Shown: positions 38,267-45,400 of the stretch, in pieces
Layout: each line of letters opens with the position of its first letter
Numbering within the stretch: the first letter of the stretch is position 1
DNA from: Macrostomum lignano
Lineage: Eukaryota
Assembly (NCBI GenBank): GCA_002269645.1
Contig: NIVC01003673.1
Span: forward strand, 1-45,400
Direction of reading: 5' to 3'
Length of the DNA stretch: 45,400 bases
The notes under the pieces: generated by a model
What the model was told of the DNA's origin: nothing
The model's input: only the letters and a program-made list of their open reading frames with translations
Databases searched by the model: none
Made by a program: the position numbers and the translations under genes

Positions 38267-41200
38267 TCATTTGTTTTCAGACAACGATTCTGACAGAGAC
38301 TTATCGGCTCCGACGAACAGACACCGACTACCCTGTTCCCGGCGCCGATCAATCACTTTGCTAGATTCATACTTCTTGCGAGCGTGGGCTTTGGGGTCGA
38401 AGAAGAGTGGTCCACGGTGTTGCCGCAAGCTTCTTTGACTGTCGCCAGTGTAATAAAGTTTCGCAGCTCGTCCCAAGAGTCGCTCATTGGCACTGGTACC
38501 CACTGGCAGCAGCATCCAGCGCAGCTTCATTCTTACCTCGAGCGTGTCGTTGAGCTGACCGCCGATTTTTTGCTGCGAGCGTATTGTCGCGTAGTAGGAT
38601 TCGACAATCACTTCTAAAAAAACGAAAGTTTCCATAATTACAAAGTATTAAAATTCTGCATACCTAAAACTTTTCAGACTAGCTCATGCTCACCTGTGCC
38701 GCCGCGGTGAAGAGCAAAGTCGAGCAACAGACATGTGGCTTGACCAGCGCGGGAATAAACCCGAGGGTCCTTGTAAAAAGCCGCATATACTGCTGACTCG
38801 TTAAGCGTGGCGCAGACAGACTCGCCTGGCTCTGTAGTCAGTCGCAGTCGAAGCGCCAGATCGCCTGACTTGCGGGGTTCCGCAGAGACCTTAATAATGC
38901 GACCCTGTACAGCAGGTGTGAGCCAGTTATCTCGGCCGTCGCCTGAGATGAATGCCTCGTGAATAGTCGTGATAAAAGCCTCCAAATACTTCCGTGATAG
39001 GGACGACTTCACGTGCGGTGCGAGACGCTCGTGCTTTTCAGCAAGGCGGACGAGGTGCTTCATCTCAACGGCATGAGTTGCATTCTCGACTGCCTCTTCG
39101 ATGTCCTCGGCAGTCAACAGGCTAACGGCAGATGCTGCATCCAGGACAATTGACGGATCCCTGACGCAGCATTTCTCCAATCGCGCAAGAAAGGAGCGGT
39201 GCAGGCTTGAAGCCAACTGGACTAGGTCCTGGAGAGAATTATAAATATATATAAGTGCGTTAATACACTAATCATGACATGACAGAAGTTTATACTTTTA
39301 CACAGTAGCGGTGCTAAAACTCAGAGTTAAAAATTACCCGCTCCATATCCTGGGACTCTCGGAGTTGCCAGTCGACCCTGCTGCTTGGCCTACCGGTGCG
39401 TTGGTTGCCTCGAGCGGTCACCGTGGGCTTGTCCGGCAGTACAAGCCATCCGCCCATCAATTCGACCGATTTGAATGAGCCTCCCGGTTTGATGGACTCA
39501 TAGAAGGGCTGTAAAAATTGAAGTGAAGTAGGAAAGAAATGAATGCGCAAATTTAAGCCCTTTAAATATAATTTAAGCCCTTACATATAGGCCCAAATCA
39601 TTTACCTGCAGTCGTGGGTAATCCTCAACTCGGAAAACCTCTGAGTGATCAGCAAAATGCTTCGCTACCCGATCGGCCAGCACGGAAACCTTCCAGTGAG
39701 GCAACTGGAGGTTCTGAGCCACTTCCATCAGGGAGACTAGTGGACCAAAAAGGTCCTGCAGGCACAGCAAGTCAAAAACGAAGTCGCTTCCGAACATTGC
39801 ATATTGCGACTCTTCGTCATCAGAGCAGCACGGATTTTCTGCTCGAAATGCGGTGTGCAGAGCGGCGTAACTTGCCTCAATGGCGGACCACTGTCTAAAA
39901 AAAGAAGCGTAGTGGGAGGACATTAAATAAATTTTTATTTACGCTTTTCATCACCATTTTTATTAGACTATTTATTGATAAAAAATAGCTGGTACTTACT
40001 TGATTGCAGAGCTCGTGAAACGCTGGGCTGCGAAATGCGACATCGCTCGAGCTGAACCGTCTGACGCCTCTTTCAGTGCTGCCTCACCACGACCATGGCT
40101 GAAATAGGTAGCAAAAAAATTCGCTCGCTTTATAAACCGGCGCAATGACTCCCCATCAGGTCCATCGCGAACATCAGTGACGGCCAGATTCAAGTAGTGT
40201 GCCGCATCCCACATCACAGGAATCTTTTCGACGTCATCGACAGGGGCCCCGAGCTCGGTCCGAATAGCGCGGCAGAATGTGCCAGCTTGGTACTGGCCAT
40301 CAGCGACGATACCCATGATGCTTGCAGTGGGCGTCTTCAACACCTGATAGATTCAAAATGATGAAATTAAGCACTCGTCTAATTTAAAGTTTAAAACTGT
40401 TAGAATCCCTTCAATCGTCCAAAAAATAATACGTTAGTGACGGTTACCTTAAGTGTCTGCATTAGTCTTTTGGCCAGGGCTTCCCCATCTGCTTGCATTG
40501 CAGAGTCGTACACAGCAGGTGCACCCGCAGGAATCGCTACGGCTTCGCCATTTTCGCAGCGAGCTAGAAGGAGTGCCGCCTGATTCGTTGTGCGGCCTGG
40601 GGTGCTTTTGTCGCAGGTGATGGTCAGCAGAGGCGGCTGTCCAGTCGAAGGCAGAGGACACCGCAGAAACTCTGCACTTTCGTCGTTTACGCAGGCGTCT
40701 AATAACTTCCAAAGTTCTTTGCAGAATGCACTTTGTAAGGAGGGAGGGTAGGTGAAATGACAAAGTTATTATTTATTAAGTATATCTGATTGCATTTAAA
40801 TAAAATTATTTATAGATATGTTTGCAGGTAAACTTACAAGCCATGGCCAATCTGACCAACTTCACAATCAGACGCATCGAGCAGACTCATTAGAGTCTCG
40901 TAATGCGAACCCGCAGCAGCCATTTCAATTGTCGCAATAGCACAGCGGAGAAGGGTGCGCACAACCTTGCCTTGTGCCGTCTGTTGTACGACTTCGGTTC
41001 GGTAGTCCTTCACAGCCGAATAGTGGGTCTTGCTTGTCGAACAGTGGTTTACGAGTTCATTGCGAAATTTGGAGAACTCGTCCACACCACTTAGCAAACC
41101 TGCGACTCGTTCGGCTGAAAGTCGTAGCCCTCTGCTGAAGGACTTATTCTTTTCAGTGGTGGTGGGGTTCCTGGAAAAGTGAAAAGCTCGGTACATTAAC

Positions 41201-43371
41201 ACCTTAAGTACTTCTTTAAGACTATCCCGTCTAAACGGACTCTACATACAGTACATTTAAAAAACATTCGACTTACAGAATGCTGTAGATTTGCTCGGCT
41301 GTACAGTTGGTAGGCATCAGTTTCGACTTGCAGAGGAACGTGACACAGGGAACGCAGTTAAAAATCGAGTCACCATTCTCGCACGACTTGAGCGAACAAA
41401 ACTCAAACTGCAGTAACTCAGCGAAACTATTTGTGGCCGCCACATCATCGTTGCCGAGGTCGATTTTGGACTTATTTTCTTGATTGCTGCCCTTACTACA
41501 TTTAGATGTAGCAACAGCATTGACGGATATATTTTCAAGCAGTTTTTTCATCTGCACAATCTCCTGCGTCTGTGACTCGAACGCCTTTTGCAGAGCAGTG
41601 ATCTTCTTAGCCATGTTTTCTGGAGCTGGTGCTGAATCAACAGCTTCGAGTCGCAACTGTAGACGACACTGCAGGTCTGTCTGCTGCTGCTGACCGGATG
41701 ACTGCTGCTGACCAGATGACTGCTGCTGACCGGATGACTGCTGCTGACCGGATGACTGCTGCTGATCGGATGACTGCTGCTGATCGGATGACTGCTGCTG
41801 ATTGGATGACTGCTGCTGATCGGATGACTGCTGCTGATCGGATGACTGCTGCTGATCGGATGACTGCTGCTGATCGGATGACTGCTGCTGATCGGATGAC
41901 TGCTGCTGATCGGATGACTGCTGCTGCTGCTGTTCAGACTGATCAACCTCAGCACTCAAGTCGTCCTCTTCGTCTTCCACAGTAGCTACATTTTGCAGGG
42001 CACGCTCATTCAACAGCCTTCGAACCTCCTGGTTATCTCTTCGAGCGAAATCAGGAGGTGCATGTCCAACACCTTTGCGCCCCTGGTGTTGACTCTTACA
42101 GTGCCGATTAAGATCATGTGGAAGACCACGGACTGTTCGGCAGTTTCGCAAATTTCGACCAGCCCTTAAGCAGGACAAACAGTAGTGCACATCCTGTGCA
42201 ATTACTCTTTTGGGTTGCTTGGCTTCTAACTGACTTGGGCCAGAATTACTAACAGACTTTCGCTTGCGATTGTTAGAATTAGAAATAGGCTGCAGCTGAT
42301 TTGGGGTTGCAAAAAATCCCCAGCCTTCTTTAAGACCTGTCTTAGGACCAGCTGCCTTTAATGAAGTAGAAGCAGCCGAAAAACCTGTTTTAGTGAAAGG
42401 GTTTTATTGGGGCTACTTAAGGGGTTTAAAATAATGTTGCTATAGAATAGATAGAAAGGGCGGGGATTAATATAATATGGTAATAATGAAAATGGTCTTG
42501 GTCTGATGACTCTGATTTTGAATGCTACATACATTCTACCTACAGGCACAGCCTACAGCTTTGGATTGCATTGCTACATATATACAAAACTAATTAACTA
42601 ACTGTATTGTCTAAGAAAAGTAAGTCAAAAATTTATAATAAGTTAACAATAAAATAAAGTTAAGTATGAGTATGGCAGTATCAGCTATCACCTATCAATC
42701 ACTATCAAATCAATGTATGAGTCAGAGTCAGATCTCATGTAAATAATAGAATGTGAAATTAAACAATATACATACTTTATACTTATTGATGTTTGACTAC
42801 ACTACACTAAAATAGAACATATACATATATTGGATTTGGATTGGATAAAAACTGGCCTACTTGTCGGAATCTGACAATCAATAACAATAACATGAATCAT
42901 CATAAATGAATGACTAGACTTAAGACTTAATGACTAGACTTGTCAATGTTAACAAAAGTATAGGCAAGGCTGTAGCCTGTAGCCTGTACTGTATGTATCA
43001 TGTATGCTATGGGCATGGCTGCATTAGCTGATTAGCATAATATATTTAAAAGCAAAATTTGAGAATCAAGGCTATTCATATTGGTCCCTAGCTCAATGTT
43101 TAATATTCTGTCTAAAATTTATTTTCTTCAGAACTTATAATTTATAATAAAATATAAGAAAAGAATATTGAAAACAGGCAATTAGCAAACAGGCAGCCAG
43201 GCTCAACAGCAACAGGCCACACTTACTAGAATCAATAGCTGAGCTAAGTGAGCTTGAAGTTGAATCCAAAGCTTTATCAATAGCATTGACATTATCAGAA
43301 GAAACTTCCATCTCCTCGACCTCGTCCTCAGTGTCAGTGTCAGTGACAGTGACAGTGTCACTAGTTTCCAT
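38267..43371 (-). CDS. hAT-like DDE transposase, 9 exons, ~1184 aa, no stop or frameshift in my model
   Basis: Exons 43371-43227, 42384-41277, 41170-40838, 40730-40448, 40343-40000, 39894-39606, 39508-39338, 39228-38694 and 38613-38267 total 3555 nt, all GT-AG and phase-compatible. Motifs: CLSC..C..HDLNRHCKSQH, ITCDKST (D1), GIVADGQY (D2), WDAAHYLNLA, FAAQRF, GGTEVIVESYY (E). The first exon and start codon are the least certain part. Confidence 0.8.
41681..41933 (-). repeat. Coding 18-bp repeat, (QQQSS[D/N/G]) x12, in transposase exon 2
   Basis: Read from the sequence and from ORF 41273-42190. Confidence 0.93.
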
Positions 43372-44328
43372 TGGTGTTGCAACTTGCAATGGTATGGTTA
43401 AAGTTTCTGAGCCGATGAGCCTGGCTATATCAACACGACAACACAGTCGAGTCAACACTGAATATTTATATTTCACTTCCTTCCTTGTGGATTCGATTGT
43501 GCTTACAAAGTTACACACAAGTTACACAATAACACAACACAAGTCAAGACAACAAGCGAAGCAATCAGTATATTAGTATATACAAATACAATAATAATAG
43601 TTGCAAAAATCCAGGAGAGAGAACAGATCAATTTGAATGGTCTGAAGAACGAACTTGAAGAAGACGAACTCGACGACGAAATTGCTAACAAATGTAATAA
43701 AATAAAACTGCAAATTCGCGAAATTTGCAACTTAAATCTTAACTTACCTGTATGTCATCTGTTGTAACGTGAAGAAATCTAAAATACTAAAGTAATTATT
43801 GTACAGAATTAGTTAATAAGTTAAAATAAATAACTGACTTACACAAAACTTTAGTAAAGTTTTGTTAACAATAAATTAGATTCAAAATTTACGTAATTTC
43901 AGCGTTTTAAAGATGAAAATAGATTTACCAATTCACTAAAATTGAACGATATACAATACTTTGTCGAAGTAATTGGGTTGTTTGCAGGTTTTTTAAACGT
44001 TTGTTCTTACGCCAATCACATGCAAATATTGTAGGCCGATTTTTGGACAGATTTTTGCATGCGAAAACTGTGTTGTGTACGCCAAGAACTCTGTACGCCA
44101 TTTTCGGACCGCGTGTACGCGAAACTGTACGCCATTTTTTTTGGGGGGGGGGCTGATGTACGCCGGAAAATTCCGGCGTACGGACACCTTCCTGACTATG
44201 GTCCATCGTATGCGCTTGCAAAGAAGCTAGCTGTTTGCCACAAAATCACAGATAGGATTTGACTTTTATATGTATTCAACATGGTTATGTGCCATGTAGT
44301 GTATACGTGCTCAAATTCTCTTATTTTT

Positions 44329-44548
44329 CATAGTCCAGAAGATGTTTTTACACCGGAAAATTTTAAACAAAAGTAAAACAAATAATAATAGTTTTTTAGC
44401 AAAAACAGTTACTTAAAAGTTTAGTAAAACTTTTGTTCAAGCTATTTTACACTTAAAGTACAACTTTCTAATTTATGTCGGCGTTAGAATTGAAAAACTA
44501 GAAATTTTAATTTTTAGTGCATGGGCCTGCCATGACCTGCATCATGAC
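44329..44548. mobile_element. Older, degraded CCATAGTC-family MITE
   Basis: Starts CATAGTCCAGAAGATG..ACACCGGAAAATT. Its 3' part resembles the reverse complement of the left end of 37432-37891 (ATGTCGGCGT..AATTGAAAA..GCCTGCCATGA). Confidence 0.55.
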
Positions 44549-44568
44549 TTTTTTACAACTGGCATGCG

Positions 44569-44615
44569 CCATAGTCAGGAAGGTGGCCTTTGCCATGGAA
44601 AATTCTGGCATACAC
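44569..44615. mobile_element. Isolated CCATAGTC-family terminus
   Basis: CCATAGTCAGGAAGGTGGCCTTT..GGAAAATTCTGGC; no partner end found in the window. Confidence 0.65.
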
Positions 44616-44632
44616 AAGGGGTCCTTGGCACA

Positions 44633-44745
44633 CAATCATGGCGCACACTGAAGTCCCTGGCGCATGCAGCGCTCAATCATGGCACACACTGAGGTCCCTA
44701 GCGCATGCAGCGCATAATTGCGGCGCATAAGGTCCCTGACATGCA
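44633..44745. repeat. 41-bp tandem repeat, about 2.7 copies
   Basis: CAATCATGGCGCACACTGAAGTCCCTGGCGCATGCAGCGCT repeated. Confidence 0.75.
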
Positions 44746-45039
44746 TGAAAATTGTAATGCAAATTAACAATTTTATGTAAAACACGCTGTTGAAACCCGC
44801 AGAATTTGAACCCAGGGAATTCCAATCTGAGAAATCTGAAATCTGAGCTGAAACTGAGCCCATACTGAAACAAAAACTTGTTAATAGTTAGTTAGTAAGA
44901 TAGAGGTAAACAAAATGGAGTACATTCGCGTACATTTAGAATTTGAGGCAAACATTGATATTGTTGGCTGGGGTGCTTTTTACTTTAAATAGGCAATTAA
45001 TGTCTGTCTGACTCTAAAACATGTATTGGCAAACTCTGG

Positions 45040-45400
45040 CCTCTGCTTCTGACTCTCCCTACATCCATTGGATCCTTTGAAACTTCTATCTTCTCTTCTG
45101 TTTCCTCTCTTCTCTCTCGTCCCTCGTCTCTCCTCTCTGAGCTCTCTCTCCTCTCCTCTCTTCTCTTTTTCCTCTCTCCTCTCTCCCCTCTTCTCTCGTA
45201 TCTTCCCTCATTTCTCTTCTTTTTCATCTCTCTTATCTCATCTCTTTTCTCTTCTTTTCTCTTTCCTCTCCTCCCACTCTTCTCTTGTCTTTTTCTTCAC
45301 CTCTCTTCTCTCTCGTCTTTATTTGCTCTCTGATCTCTCCTTTCTCTTCTCTTTTATCTCTTTTCATTTCTCTCTGCTTCCTCCCTCTCTCTCTGCTTCC
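45040..45400. repeat. CT-rich low-complexity tract
   Basis: Almost pure pyrimidine sequence to the window end. Confidence 0.92.

Larger units (their letters stand above)
38060..44201 (-). mobile_element. 6.14-kb putatively autonomous DNA transposon (hAT-like)
   Basis: Perfect 20-bp TIR CCATAGTCAGGAAGGTGTCC, an 8-bp TSD with one mismatch (TCCATTGT / TCCATCGT) and TACGCC subterminal repeats. It contains a multi-exon transposase gene. Confidence 0.92.

Noticed and set aside
41548-41985. SSSHPI and MTAADR repeat ORFs
   Set aside because: Alternative frames of the QQQSSD repeat.
43503-43758. Extra 5' coding exons for the transposase (ATGACATACAG-GT at 43758)
   Set aside because: Could not be joined in frame convincingly; may be 5' UTR exons.
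44997-45227. Arg/Glu-rich ORF
   Set aside because: Translation of the CT-rich low-complexity tract.

Overview
Eukaryotic, transposon-dense DNA from an animal. Short GT-AG introns, GC-rich exons and an RTE-type LINE family I recognise from memory suggest the flatworm Macrostomum; this is inference only. Host genes: three paralogous 4-exon genes (1599-3301 +, 5083-7412 +, 22357-19076 -). Each encodes a signal peptide, a PAN/apple-like 4-Cys module and an ALK/LTK-type glycine-rich domain, with no transmembrane or kinase part. The paralogues are a segment-by-segment mosaic of one another and vary mainly in loops between fixed poly-Gly motifs. Copy 1 has five 1-bp deletions, all in homopolymer runs, which are probably read errors. 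Most of the remainder is mobile DNA whose ends can be read directly. (1) A 5.3-kb CCC..GGG element with a 2-bp TSD holding a ~2-kb solo LTR; a second copy of that LTR lies inverted at 28.4-30.3 kb. (2) A 5'-truncated LOA-like LINE (RT + RNase H). (3) A Harbinger remnant carrying a Tc1/IS630-like element and two MITEs. (4) An RTE fragment split by a foldback element. (5) hAT and Merlin deletion derivatives. (6) A 6.1-kb element with 20-bp TIRs, an 8-bp TSD and an apparently intact 9-exon, ~1184-aa hAT-like transposase, with MITE relatives beside it. No rRNA, true tRNA gene or CRISPR array was seen. All exon models and coordinates were derived by hand; no database searches were run.
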